The notes under the pieces: generated by a model
Databases searched by the model: none
What the model saw: the letters and a program-made list of their open reading frames with translations, nothing else
Told to the model about the DNA's origin: nothing
Shown: piece by piece, positions 1 through 12,624 of the stretch
Layout of the letters: each line of letters starts with the position of its first letter
Position numbering within the stretch: the stretch's first letter is position 1
DNA from: Octopus bimaculoides
Lineage: Eukaryota
Reading direction: 5' to 3'
Assembly: GCF_001194135.2 (NCBI RefSeq)
Contig: NC_068981.1
Span: 22,534,472-22,598,471 of the forward strand
DNA length: 64,000 nt
Translations under genes and position numbers: made by a program

Positions 1-170
1 ATTTCTTCTGACTCTATACATTCTGAGTTCAAATCATGTCAGGTCAACTTAGTCTTTCATCCTCTTGGATGGGGAGATGATGAAATAAAGTACCAGTGAT
101 GCGCTGGAGTTAGTGTAATTGACTAATTACCTCACCTCAAAACTGTTGGCCTTGTGTCTTAGAAACCATC
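1..170 (+). mobile_element. Decayed SINE, family C (partial)
   Basis: TTCTGAGTTCAAATC (B-box-like) followed by GTCAACTTAGTCTTTCATCC...AAAGTACCAGT, matching other family C copies (e.g. 52280-52520). Confidence 0.7.
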
Positions 171-349
171 TAGTTTGTCTTTGACATTAATAAAGAAGAT
201 CTTATATCAAGTATGTGAGATCTCTTGCCCACAGGAAATATTTCACCTGTTTCCAAATTTGAAGCCGCTGACTAATGAAGTCTCTAAAAGCCTCTGTGAG
301 GTGGTTGGGTGTGGAGCTTAAGTCTAAGGATCAAAAAGCTAATATACAT

Positions 350-545
350 TGTGTGGACAGCTTCATAAAAAGTCACGTATTTTTTGTTTTTGACACAAAC
401 TCAAAAGAAAGGTTTTTGGTAGATACAGGAGCAGCCTGTTCAATTTGGCCTGTAAAACTTTTGAAAGAGAAACCAAGACCTGTATATTTGACTCTTCAAG
501 CGGTTAATCAGTCTGAAACCCGAACATTTGGAAAGATTAGCCGAT
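350..545 (+). pseudogene. Ty3/Gypsy retropepsin (aspartic protease) fragment
   Basis: ORF 275-559 contains FFVFDTNSKERFLVDTGAACSIWP...LTLQAVNQSETRTFG. The DTG catalytic motif is at 422-430 in a typical LTR-retrotransposon protease context. No RT follows, so this is a relic. Confidence 0.8.
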
Positions 546-914
546 ACTCAAAAGAGTGAGTGTCGTGGCATTGAGTAACAACCAACGAACACCGGAGAGT
601 GAGTGTTGTGGATTTGCGTGACAACCAACGATCACTGAATAATTTCCCAAAAATCAGGGTTTTTATAACTGCTCATACATGAATTCTAAGAACCGTACTT
701 CGTGAAAGATTTCTTTAACAAAAGTTTAGAATTCATATATGGGCAGTAATTTTTAATCAACAATTTCTCCTGTTCGGGCAAACAAACCTATGTTCTCTCT
801 CCGCCTCTTATAAGTTTGCTACAATTGCATACTTATGAATTTGTAAAATTAAAAATTTATTATTGTTTCAGCACATCCCCTCCTAACCCCTAGAGGTTCA
901 CAGATACTAAAAAT

Positions 915-1115
915 TTCCCTGCCCTTGCTCTTTAAGGTCTCTCAACCTGCTTGAAATAGACCCAAATGTCTACCATACCATGCCCTACGGTTCTGAACCC
1001 ACTGGACGAATGTAGTCAAACAGTGAATGATTGTCTGAAACATGATGAGATGTCATGGATGGAGTGCCTATGATCATAGTTGCTCTATCAGGTTTGATCT
1101 TGAGAAAGACAACAA
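915..1115 (+). repeat. Unclassified interspersed repeat, family E
   Basis: CTCAACCTGCTTGAAATAG...CCTATGATCATAG...AAAGACAACAAC; the same module recurs at about 6150, 26530, 36020, 36850, 37165, 40085, 40780, 46250, 46880, 62570 and 62710. Confidence 0.6.
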
Positions 1116-2197
1116 CTGTTAATCAGTCACTGATATCAGTAAATCCTTTGTATTGACTTTGGCAGAATGTTAGCATCAGGTATTTGATCTGACTTCACAA
1201 ATCTTTCATTGAATAATGAGAGAAATTTTGGGGTGTGGGGAACAATCAACCACAATACTTTTGAGGAGAGAGGATAATGCCCAAGACCCCTCATAAGCCT
1301 TCCAAGACTAATGCATGGGAGAGAGACTAGGGAAACCTGTCCTGAACTCTTGCAACAGAGTGGACCCTACTAAAGACACCTAAAATGCTTGGTTGTAGTG
1401 GTATTAGACTAGGCAACGGATTGTCTACCTTAGAAAGATTAAAGGTAAAGTTGACCTCATCAGGATTTGAACTCAGTATGTAGGTTACCATTAACTAAGT
1501 ATTGGATATTTTGTCCATTTTAATGATTCTACCAATCCATTAATCTCATCATTATCATCATCATTACTAAATACCAACAATAATAAAGTAGAATTTAATG
1601 CAAATTTAGTTTTATCATTAATATTTAATTATAAAATCATTGATTATGCATTAACTTGGTAAAGTGAATTTGATGAAAGGAATTATTTCAAAATCTATTT
1701 TGGGAAGCATGTCAACTTAAGAGTGTGAAACATGTAAATCCAAAGAATTTAATATCTTAAATCTTTTAAAAAGGTCTTCCAATTTGATAAATTAATATCA
1801 TATTCTCTTCATACTACAATGTCCCTGTTAAGCCTACTAAGTCATGAAACGTGAACTCTGAATAATTGTAATGTTAATTGCTTTTAAATTCTTTTAAGTG
1901 CAAAGCTTATTTTTGCAATGTAGTGTGACACGCATTACCTGCAAGATATTGATTCCATCGAATGATATGAAAGTTGAAGTTGATCCTGGCAGAATTTAGA
2001 CTCAAAATTTAGAAGAATGAAATTAAACTGTTAGACATTTCATTCTGGCAGTATTATTTCAGCGAACTTACATTTCTTTTTATATTTTACTTGTTTCTGT
2101 CATTGGACTGTAGCCATGCTAGGGCACTGCCTTAATGGGTTTAGTCAAACAGATTATACATATATATCAAAGATATAGTTAAAAAAGACGTTTTAGT

Positions 2198-2520
2198 CTT
2201 TTGTTTCATTCATTGGATTGTGACCATGCTGGGGTATCGCCTTCATCAAACTGACACCATTACTTAACTACTTAGTCTGGTACTTATTCTATTAGTCTTT
2301 CTCTCTACCAAACTATGTTATGGAAACATTACCAAGTGTACACTGGTTGTGAAATGATGACATACATACAAATATAGCACAAGCTTCTCATAGGTTTTCA
2401 CCTACCAAATTCACTCTCAAGACAATGGTCTGCCAAGGGATCCAGTAGATGCTTGTCTAAAGTGCCACACTGTGAGACTGAACCTGAAATTCTGTGGCTG
2501 CAAGTTCCTAACCTCACAGA
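2198..2520 (-). mobile_element. Decayed SINE, family B
   Basis: Reverse complement of the head (GAGACTGAACCTGAAATTCTGTGG) and tail (TTCATTGGATTGTGACCATGCTGGGG) of family B. Confidence 0.7.
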
Positions 2521-2640
2521 GTTCTACAACCTAACAGAGTTCCTAACCGTAACAGAGTTCTACAACCTAACAGAGTTCCTAACCGTAACAGAGTTCTACA
2601 ACCTAACAGAGTTCCTAACCGTAACAGAGTTCTACAACCT
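2516..2640. repeat. Perfect 36-bp minisatellite, 3.5 copies (two related 18-mers per unit)
   Basis: ACAGAGTTCTACAACCTAACAGAGTTCCTAACCGTA at 2516, 2552 and 2588, partial at 2624; no mismatches. Confidence 0.97.
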
Positions 2641-3605
2641 GTATTCAGGTGGTGGCCATGCTCCAGCAAAGCCTTATCTTTCGTTATTAAAACAAACTAA
2701 AGAAATAGATAACCTTGTTTTGTTTTGCTTTTTCATTAATTGGAACATAGAGAAATCATTGCATTTGTTTCCTTCTTTGTTCTGTGTGAGATCTAGTGTC
2801 CGGGTCAGAAATCTATATTCTGGGTCTTGATTCATTTTAGATATCTTCAGACTGCTTCATAGCAATAATTCCTATGACCAGTCATTGCTTAAGCTATATA
2901 GCATCCATTATCAATGAGTAATATTTGTTTGTTCAATGTAATTGTTATAATTCATTTTTCTTTCTCACAAAAAAATATTATTTTAATGTTCTATCTCCTT
3001 CTCTCTTTCAAGCTTTTGAAAATTCATTTCCATCCTTAATTCTTAATCTGTATTAAATCATTCATACTGATATATTCATTTTTGTTTATAACTACCGCAA
3101 CAACAACACAGCAGTATCTGAAATTAAATTAACAATAACAACAATAATAATAATAATATTAGAGAAGAATTAATTGTAATAAATTAAGTTAACACTAACA
3201 AAAAAAGTAGTTACAATGATAGTTAAAAGAATAATTTATTTGATGTGAGGGTAACGAAGGTTAAATATTACATTTCAGATTTTGCAGAAAGTTTAATATT
3301 ATACAATAAACATTCATTGGAAGTTTGATTGTGTGTTTGCATGTGTGTGCGTGTGTGTTAAGGCTGGCTTGATGTCACAATGTAGATACAAGCGTTAGAT
3401 AATTGATTAGGTTGTTGAGTCCTTGTGAGTCAATATGGAGAGCATGGAAGACTATCATATGTACTTTGAGTCATCTGCACTTGATGGAATCATAGGTGCA
3501 CTGTCATAACATAAGAGAACTTGAGCATTTTATATTTAGTCTAACTGCAGCTGTTTCCTTCTTAGAGAAGTCCATAGTGTTGAGCTGGCACTTCAGTTGT
3601 TGGTC

Positions 3606-3800
3606 CATCATTTGAACATTCATTTTTCTATGTTTTCATGGGTTAGACAGAATTTGTTGAGATAGATTTTCTCTAGCCAGATGCTTTTCTTGTTACCAGC
3701 CTCAACTGTTTCCAAGCAAGGTTATAATTCCCCTTGGCCAAACATGCTTACCATGGGAGACAGGAAATTAACAACTACAGATATGATGATGCTCATTTAC
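3606..3800 (-). mobile_element. Old RTE-like 3'-end repeat, family G
   Basis: CATCATTTGAACATTCATTTTTCTATG...GGGTTAGACAGAATTTGTTGAG; homologous copies at 9925-10100, 11600-11825, 27790-27985 and 59745-60045. Confidence 0.6.
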
Positions 3801-4476
3801 AACCCTTTGTTGGGGAAGAGAAATTTTTCTGGTGGTAATGAATTGAAGGTGATCTATTTATTCTGCACCATCACAAAATGCTTTATAATCTCTCTGCAAC
3901 AAAAATGTCTCGATGAAATGTAAAATTTTTCTTCCTTATGGCAAATGAAATTAATCCACATCTGATTTGTTTATAGTTTGTTATGGTTTCCATTCTATTA
4001 ACTGAATTGCTTTATAAGCAACTGTGAGACTATCTGACAATATAGTCAACCTGACAGGTGCAATACTAACTGTAAAAACAACAATAATAATGAACAAACA
4101 AGAATGACAATATTAATAATATTTATTAATGATTAGCATTAGATTTCCTAATCTGATCTATCAATCTTTCAAAAGCATCTATTCAGATTCGAACAAACCA
4201 ACAATATGCAAAAAAAAAATAAAAATCTTTTTGAATATTAGCCATCTTAATGTGATTGAGGATCAAAGTTGATGTGTGTCAAGAGTTGGTACAAATTAAT
4301 GACACACATTTATGGAAATAGAATAAAACGATTTTAAATTATCCATGGTATTCTTGATTAGCTGTGAACTTGTGGCCTACGAGCTGAGAGGTTGATGCTG
4401 TGTAATCTAATTAACTCATCTGTTTTAAAGAGAAATATTAAATAGCTGTCTTAAACAACTGAGAAATAATAAATAG

Positions 4477-5050
4477 CCCATGTCTTTCTCGGTCTTACTC
4501 TTCAACAATTTCTTTCCACTTGGATCTCCTGGCTCTCCTTTACCTGTTTGTCATCATCCATGTGTATTACACGCCTGTAACAATGCAGTCATCTCTCTTG
4601 CACACATCTGTTACCTCTACCATCCACTTTATCCCTCAGCTCATCTGTACCATGTTGCTCATGCACACCAACATTACATATCCAATGGAGCATACTTGCT
4701 TCATTTCTCTCTAATCTTTGCATATCTCCTCCACTCAATGTCCATATCTTACTAAGCAGCATCACACTTCATATACAAGCAATGTACAATCAATTCTTCA
4801 CTTGAAAAGAATACTCTTGCTGCCAACAGAAGTAATAGCTCTTTGAACTTTTCCACCTATTTTTTTCTTCTGACCACCATGCTTTCAAAGCACCATTCTT
4901 TACAACTGTTTAATCACCTAGGTAACAGAAGCTATCAACTACTTCTACAGAACCTTTTAAGTATTGAAAAGAATTTGTATTAGCTGTCAGTGTTCTGACT
5001 GTGAACTACAACTGTACATCTGTCGCAGTCTTTCTTCACTGTTAGCTGAT
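4477..5050 (-). pseudogene. RTE-clade LINE ORF relic (RT C-terminal region)
   Basis: Minus-strand translation with stops and frameshifts: ...VEVVDSFCYLG...FKELLLLLA...KIWTLSGGDMQRLERNEASMLHWICNV...RVRPRKTW, matching the RTE C-terminal pattern (GSETW...LRW.GHV...GRPRKTW). Confidence 0.85.
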
Positions 5051-6362
5051 AAATAGTGGGTGAAAAAAAAAAAAACGAGACAGAGGGTCTGCTTGGTTGC
5101 TTGAGTTATAGAAATAATGGCCAAAGTTCCCTCAATCCCACCCAACCACTTTAGAAAAGGAAAAATCTTGTTAATTAATGTCCTCCTACATACTTTTCCA
5201 AAAGAGACTGGGTCATCAGGGTTTTGATCATAGGCTTGTTGAATCAGGGTTGTCCTTGGGTTATACAGCAACAATATGCAGGATGAAGCCAGAAGCATAT
5301 ATCAATATAGAGATCATAAAACAATAAACAAAAAGAATACTAATTTCACCAATTCCAGTTCTGTCATGTAAAAAGTTAGGAGGAAAAAATTCTAGTTTTG
5401 ATTCTTTTTAATATTTTTCTTCCAGAAAGTTGTGATTTGTATTTTAAAATATCTGAGTAGCAACTACATTGATCTCTAGAATTATTGGTTTTAGGCTCTG
5501 ATAAGAGGAGATGGAAATATTTTACAGCCAGATGGAATTGCAATCAGTTTACTGATTATAATCATTCTACTAACTCATTCACATCAAAATATGCAAAAGA
5601 TAAAGAAAAAAATTGAAATAAAGCTATAAAAAAAAAATATTTTCTAAGATATATTCAGCATAAATTGGTGAATGGAGGAACAAGGCCAACTGAGAAATTT
5701 GATTTCATGGTAGATTGGAGCTAGAAACAATTTAAACCTTGGTAATAACCTTGCCTGAAGTGTGTGCATGCAAATATCTAAATTAACCAATACTGTTAAG
5801 CAAACTTCTGATATGTTAAAAGCCATCAAGACATGTGAAGTACTCAATATATTCACAGCTTACGCTGTTGTTTGACCAATCTCTGAACAGCATGTAAATA
5901 TGTTCATGACACTGTTGCATACAACTCACAGATATATTTGTGTATGTCATCTGCAAATCTCTTCTCTTTGAGCCGACCAAACACTAAGCATACCTATGTA
6001 TGGAATTAGCTTTTAATAACCAGCTGCCCTGTACATGTGTGCATTGCTGCTGTTATGTAATTGTATTTTGGGTAATGCTATCTTGGTTATCAAATTGTAA
6101 ATACCACAAACCCAACAAACTAATAGCAGAGCCTTTTAGTTGTTTCTTAGCTTGTGAAAATAGTACCCAAATATCCCTCAAACCAACCTCAGTGTGTTAA
6201 AAAGAAGACTTTGGATAAGGTAAGTTTAAGTATACTGTCAGAAAAAAAATGGCATGCTGGATGAAGGCAAACCTAAGCCAAAACAATATGAACTAAAGCT
6301 TCTATAAATTCCTGAGTGATATTGTTAAAAAAGACAAAACTAGGCCTAATGCTTTTTCAATT

Positions 6363-6722
6363 CATCATCATCGTTTAACATCCGCTTTCCATGCTAGCAT
6401 GGGTTGGACGATTTGACTGAGGACTGGTGAACTGGATGGCTGCACCAGGCTCCAATCTGATCTAGCAGAGTTTCTACAGCTGGATGCCCTTCCTAATGCC
6501 AACCATTCCGAGAGTGTAGTGGGTGCTTTTACGTGCCACCGGCACGAGGGTCAGTCACACGATACTGGCAACAGTCTCGCTCAAAACATGTTTTTTATGT
6601 GCCACCTGCACAGGAGCCAGTCCAGCGGCACTAGCAATGACCTCGCTCGAATGATTTTCTAACGTGCCACCAGCACAAGTGCTAGAAGGCGACGCTGGTA
6701 ACGATTACGCTCTAATGGTGCT
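6363..6722 (-). mobile_element. 5'-truncated RTE LINE 3' end, family A
   Basis: (CAT)n tail then CGTTTAACATCCGCTTTCCATGCTAGCATGGGTTGGACG...GGATGCCCTTCCTAATGCCAACCA, plus three internal modules. Confidence 0.9.
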
Positions 6723-7309
6723 AGAGACAATTTGTAATTAGTTGATTACTAAAAGGTGCTCTACTGATGACCATCCCATCTATTCATCTATTTTCAGAAA
6801 TACATCTATGACTACATTATTGACTGCATCGTTTTTTTATATATATATATATAAAAAAAGGTATGGTGTGATTTGATGGAGAGTTGGCTTCTATTTCTAA
6901 CAGCTTGAGCAACTACATTGAGGCATCCTTCTTTGACTAGACCAGTTGTGATAGTGAAAATGTGTAATGAGCAAACATTGAATAAAAGGAAAAACTTTCC
7001 AATTAAGTAATAGTTCTTCAGGTCTGTTATTTCAAACTCCTTTAAAAGAGATGAGTAGATGAGAAAAATCTTTGTCTTGATTTGGGCATTTCTCTTTCTT
7101 AGATATATTTCGAAAATGAATTCACTCACAAGACATTGGTTGGTTCTGGCCTAAAGTCGAAGACAATTGCCCAAGATGCCAAGCAGTGGCACTGAACACA
7201 TGATTTCAAAGTGAGCTTCTTAGCCACACAGTCATGCCTGCAGCTGTGTGGTCTTTTTTCTGTTAAAAAGACTGAGTATAATACAAAATGCTTGACACAC
7301 GATACTAAT

Positions 7310-7790
7310 ACTGGTTTCAAACTTTGGAACAGGGCCATCAAGTTTGGAGGAGGATGTAAGTTGATTACATCGACCCCAGCACTCATACTTAGTTTATCGA
7401 CCCCAAATGGATGAAAGACAAAGTCGACCTTGATGGAATTTGAACTGAGAATGCAAGAATGGACAAAATGCCATTAAGCATTTCGCCCGGCGTGCTAGCG
7501 TTTCTTATTTCTTTATTGCTCACATGGGGCTAAACATAGAGGGGACAAACAAGGACAGACAAAAGGATTAAGTCGATTACATCGACCCCAGTGCGTAACT
7601 GGTACTTAATTTATCGATCCCGAAAGGATGAAAGGCAAAGTTGACCTCAGCGGAATTTGAACTCAGAACGTAATGGCAGATGAAATACCAATAAGCATTT
7701 TGCCCGGCGTGCTAACGATTCTGCCAGCTCCCTACCTTATACCAGCTCGCCGCTTTGGTATGCTTATGATTCTGCCAACTCGCCATCTTA
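7310..7790 (-). mobile_element. Nested SINE pair: family C1 (7504-7736) inside the head of family C2
   Basis: C1 has tail CTTATTTCTTTATTG...GGACAGACA, B-box GGAATTTGAACTC and A-box GCTAACGATTCTGCCAGCTC; C2 sequence flanks it on both sides. Confidence 0.85.
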
Positions 7791-9406
7791 GCACACAATG
7801 CTAATATTAGCAACAGGCCAAATCAGTGAGGGGGAACTCTTAGTCAGGTGAGAGAAATTCTTTCCCTTCAGGTGAAATTTCTCCCACATTAATATTTGAA
7901 ACTATCTACTGACAAATCTGATTAAAAATCTGTGTGAAAAATGATTTAAACCTTGAAGAACAAAATGGAAATTTGATACAAGTTTAGTAGTGGATACTTC
8001 ATGTTGTAATTAGGATAGCCTTTTGTCCTTCCAACAGACAAATACTAGCATTTACTACAGTTTTGTATGAATTACAAGCCTAGGTTAATCTTGAAGGGAT
8101 TTGAATTCAGAACATAGAACAATATACTTGAAACATTTTGTATGACAATTCTGTTAAATTCCTCACAAGAAATAGCAGCTAAACAGCTAATAAAGGACAT
8201 TTTGCTGTCCTAGTATAAAGAAGGACATGTAAAAGTAGTGCATTGACACTTGACACTGTCTTGAATAGACAGCAAATGGAGGGGTGCTAGTCACAATGGA
8301 ATGTCTTTGATTAGAAGTCTACTTGATTAGAGCTAACCTGGAGCAAAATGACTACCACCATCACTGCCACCATCATAAGTCTCATATCCACCTTATTAAA
8401 TAGGAGAAATTGAGGACATGAATGTAGAATACCTATTGCAAGACAGAATCTGAGAATAAGGCAGTGTATCAGTGTGTATATAAAAAAAACATGCACACAC
8501 ACTAGTCTACCTAGGAAAGTGGTACTTTAGTCATATATCCACAGACCTCTTTCATAGACTATATTGTATTTTGGACAGGTTTCTGACAGAAAGAAAGTGG
8601 GAGAAGAGAGGTTGTGTGAAGTAGATGGAAGTTAATTGTGGTGAGGTGAGTGGGAAGATAAACGAGATGAGATGAGTTAAGGAGAGGTGAACTGACGAGG
8701 TGGGATGCAATTAGATGGGAATGTGTGTGTGTGTGTGAGCAAGAATGAAATTCAGTGAAGTGTAGGAAGAGGGAGATATAAGTGTTCCTCGTATTGTCTT
8801 GGCACATATTTCTTCAAAATCTTATTTCATGATGAGTCTATTCATAGTTTTAAATTGATTTCTTTCCCAATGTAAAACCATCTTGAAGGCAACGTGAGCT
8901 CTCGCTATTTGTCTCAATTGATGATAGCCAGAAATAAAATAGTTGTAGCAGCTTAGTATCTACTTCATTTACTGTTAATATCTTACACATTTACGCTCAT
9001 GTGTACTTACAAACATACACGTACACTTGCACATACTTCCACACAAAGCTGTCTCTCTCTCGCTCTCTATAAATACGTACATGCAATGTTATGCATTTTC
9101 AAACACTGTCAATTCACAAGTCTCTCTTTCAACTTTATATCTTGTATTGAGTTCTTCATTTAGTTTTTCAATATGAACAATTACCTAATACATGTATGCA
9201 TGTGTGCAAGAGAAAAGTGAATGCTTTTATAATGCTAAAATCTGGGTGTTTGGATTCACTTTATGTCACATTCCTGGCAAAAATGTTCAATTCTTTCTAC
9301 AAACATCCTTTCATATTTAATCATGCCTCTTAAGGTAAAAAAATATTACTTTTTTAAATCACGGTTTATGAAAGCATTGCAAGTGATATGTATCAAACTG
9401 GCGTGT

Positions 9407-9622
9407 AGCGTGGCCGTTGCCAGAACCGCCTGACTGGCCTTTGTGCCGGTGGCATGTAAAAGCACCCACTACACTCTCGGAGTGGTTGGCGTTAGGAAGG
9501 GCATCCAGCTGTAGAAACTCTGCCAAATCAGATTGGAGCCTGGTGTAGNNNNNNNNNNATCGTCCAACCCATGCTAGCATGGAAAGCGGACGTTAAACGA
9601 TGATGATGATGATGATGATGAT
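9407..9622 (+). mobile_element. 5'-truncated RTE LINE 3' end, family A
   Basis: GGCGTTAGGAAGGGCATCCAGCTGTAGAAAC...CCAACCCATGCTAGCATGGAAAGCGGACGTTAAACGATGAT(GAT)n; 10-N gap inside. Confidence 0.92.
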
Positions 9623-10769
9623 ATATATATCTATATCTCATAGACTCTCCTGTCAAAAACATGATTGTTCAGCTTTTGCTAAATGACCTCCACAAATGAT
9701 TTGTATATAGTGATAATATGTATGTGCCATACATTAGCTTACTCTCTCTGTCAAATTGACATTGCCAGAACTGGTGCATAGTGTACCATGTGTCATGCGT
9801 CAAAGTGATAGCAGAACAAAGTGTGATGAAGTGTTTTGCTCAAGAACACAATGCACCACCGGTTTAGGAATTGAAACCATGGTCCCATAATCGTGAGTTC
9901 AACACCCTAACTATTAGGTCATGCATAATCATTATTTTAACACCTATTTTTCCATACTTGCATAGGTTGGATGGAGGTAGATTTTTTATGGCTGGATGCC
10001 CTTCCTATAGACAACCCTTCTCTGTTTCCAAGCAGGATAATATTCCCCTATGGCCATACTTGTTTTTGCAGAATACTGGAAATTTGTGACAGTCATATAC
10101 ACCAATCAAGGTATATATGTATATATGTACACACACACACACATGTACAATGCACAAACACAGTTTCCTTTGAGTTTCCAGCTAACAACTCCACTCACTA
10201 GGCTTTGGTTGACCTGGCACTATTGTAGAAAACACATGCCCATGGTGCAATGCAGTGGTACTGGATCCTAAACCTTGTGTTGAAAAGCAAACTGTTTAAC
10301 CTCACAGCCATACCCCCCCCCCCCCAAATTAAACATATATTTACCAAGATCTACTTTAGAAGTTCAAAGTAGTAATTTATATATATTTTCAATAAGCTTA
10401 AGTAGAAGCAAATTCAAATGACATATCAACATAGAATCAAAATCTGAGTTTCCATTAGGACTTGAAGCTGTATTTTCTAAGTGAACTCTTTAACTCTCTC
10501 TTACACTCACACATATGCATATATATATGTGTGTATATATTTTTATGCACTGATACATATCAGTAGGGAAATTTCAGTTAATATTTCAGAGAGACCTTTC
10601 AGTACACAACTCCTTAACTTATCCAAGTTCATGTCATTAGCCTATATGAGTTATTTCCTTTTAGCTCATTTTAATTTTTAATTATATGTATTCATAACAT
10701 TTTTCTGTATGTAAAAATCTTTTGTCAAATGATCTGGCTATATTGTTCTTTCTGAAGATCATCTCCAAA

Positions 10770-11100
10770 AATGTGTAGTTTACCTTGTAACCATGTGGTT
10801 TCAAGTTCAGTCTTATTGCGCAGTACCTTGGGCAAGTATCTTCTGCTCTAGCCCTTGGCTGATCAATGCCTTGTGAATGAATTTGGCAGATAGAAACTGT
10901 GTGGAAGCCTTGTGTGCATGTGTTTGTGTACCCACTGCTTGACAACCAGTGTTGGTGTGTTTACATTTTAACCTAGTGGTTTGATAAAAGAGATCAATAG
11001 AATAAATACCAGGCTAAAACAAACACGACGGTGGGGCAGTTTTTTCAACTAAACCCTTCAAATGTTCCAGCATTGCAGTAGTCAAATGACTGAAACAAGT
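10770..11100 (+). mobile_element. Decayed SINE, family B
   Basis: CAAGTTCAGTC...TACCTTGGGCAAGTATCTTC (CORE-like motif)...GTCAAATGACTGAAACAAGTAA tail. Confidence 0.75.
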
Positions 11101-11104
11101 AATT

Positions 11105-11385
11105 TGAAACAACATGAGACAAAAATTGAATTCTTTTGATATCACTGTCAGTAATTATACTGACAATGACATCAAAAGATATCACTCTTATGGTATATGT
11201 TTCATCAAATGATAATGTTATTACCTGAAATAAGTGTCCATAAGCTTGTAATAATGGAATGAATTTCTTTTCATTGAAGAGTGTAATCTGATGGTATGTT
11301 GCTTTCAGATCCAATTTGTTGTAGAAATAAAACAAAATCTTCCATATTAGGAAGTGGGTAAGTAATCCTAATGATCATTGTTTGC
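11105..11385 (-). pseudogene. Ty3/Gypsy reverse transcriptase relic (second segment)
   Basis: TMIIRITYPLPNMEDF, frameshift, then FYNKLDLKATYHQITL...YGHLFQ...KRIQFLSHVVS; matches the Gypsy RT motifs YPLP, KLDLxxxYHQI and FLGHVVS. Confidence 0.8.
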
Positions 11386-11409
11386 TATTATAGGTACAGA
11401 TTAGCTATA

Positions 11410-11825
11410 CAGGCACAGGTATGGCTGTGTAGTTAAACTTTCTTTCCAATTGTGTGGTCTTGGATCCAGCCCTACTGTGTAGTGCCTTAGGTATTTGTCT
11501 ACTACTATAACTTCAGGCCAACCAAAGACTTGTGAATGGTTTTGGTAGAAGGAAACTAAAAGAAGCCCATCATGTGTGTGTGTGTGCATGTGTATGAGTG
11601 TACCATTGTCTATACATTATATAATGGCTTTAAAAGAACATCACTATCATATGAGCAATGTTGTTCACTTCCAGTCTTCTATGTAAAACCTGTTTCGTCA
11701 TGGGAAATATTACCTTGCTTGATAACGTGATAACAAGAAGAGTCTCCAGCTGTAGAAATTCTGCTTCACCAGATTTTGTCTGACCCATGAAAGTATTGAA
11801 CAGTGGACATTAAATGATGAATAGT
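11410..11825 (+). mobile_element. SINE B head plus family G fragment inserted in the Gypsy relic
   Basis: GGTATGGCTGTGTAGTTAA...CCTTAGGTATTTGTCTACTACTATA, (TG)n, then a G-type tail ending GGACATTAAATGATGA. Confidence 0.7.
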
Positions 11826-12460
11826 CAATATGTTGTCCTTGTTTCTTGCTGATATCACTTGAACATGTCATGGAAAAGACAGATGGCTTAATAGTGCTGT
11901 TGACAAGAAGCCATTTGGTCTCTTTTTTAAACATTTCATTGAGTGGAGAAAAGTGAAGTGATAGGAGACTCTCAAGAGAGCTGAACAGCAGAAGGTCTTT
12001 CGAGAAGAAACCCACCGTAGGTAAGTGTTTTGGCCCTTCATTGAGTAGAGAAAAGCAGAGAAATTTAGGCACAAGGAACAATTGTTATCAAATCACTACA
12101 TAGGTGGGCAAAATATGCGGGATCACCAACATTAGAACATGAGTAGCAGTAAAAATTTGAAATTAAAATTTGAAATGATCCAAATTTAAGTATAAAGGTC
12201 ACTCATTTAAGGAAATAAATTTTTGGAATTTTTGAGGAATAGATATTACTCAAATCATTTATATATACTTTTTCTAAGAAAATATCCACTTAAGATATCT
12301 GAAACATGGAAACATGAAGTAAGAGTTTTAAATTGACTGGCCAGGCCAAATTCAAGACGTTGCCAAGCTGAGTGAAGTGGGAGATTCTTGCAAACATCTT
12401 TATCTATAAAATTGGCAACACTATCAGAACCAAGTAAAGAATCAATATACAAGATATTGG
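11820..12460 (-). pseudogene. Ty3/Gypsy protease to RT N-terminus relic (first segment)
   Basis: YIDSLLGSDSVANFIDKDVCKNLPL (degenerate protease), then EMFKKETKWLLVNSTIKPSVFS (like KEIxxLLxxGIIxPSxSPW); collinear with 11105-11385 across SINE inserts. Confidence 0.65.
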
Positions 12461-12624
12461 TTTGCTGATAGTAACTGTTCTCAACTTTATTTCCTTGATG
12501 TGCTCTTGTTGTATTGAGGATCGTAAATACTTTGTTGTGACTCTTTCTTAGCCAACATGCTCACAAAAAATGTCCTGCCTTTTCGTTGTTGCAGCAAATT
12601 TTGTTCTTTTCTGGAAAAAAAAAA

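Noticed and set aside
2453-2830. 125-aa ORF with LTEFYN repeats as a repeat protein
   Set aside because: Starts inside an antisense SINE head; the repeat is the 36-bp minisatellite, whose length is a multiple of 3.
4987-5298. 103-aa protein-like ORF
   Set aside because: Its 5' part is a decayed family E repeat (AACCCTGATTCAACAAGCCTATGATCAAA) and its 3' part overlaps the RTE relic out of frame.
6151-6219. 69-nt exon candidate with AG and AAG|GTAAGT and an open frame (LVKIVPKYPSNQPQCVKKKTLDK)
   Set aside because: Aligns by eye to family E along its length; no partner exons identified. Exonisation is not excluded but is unsupported.
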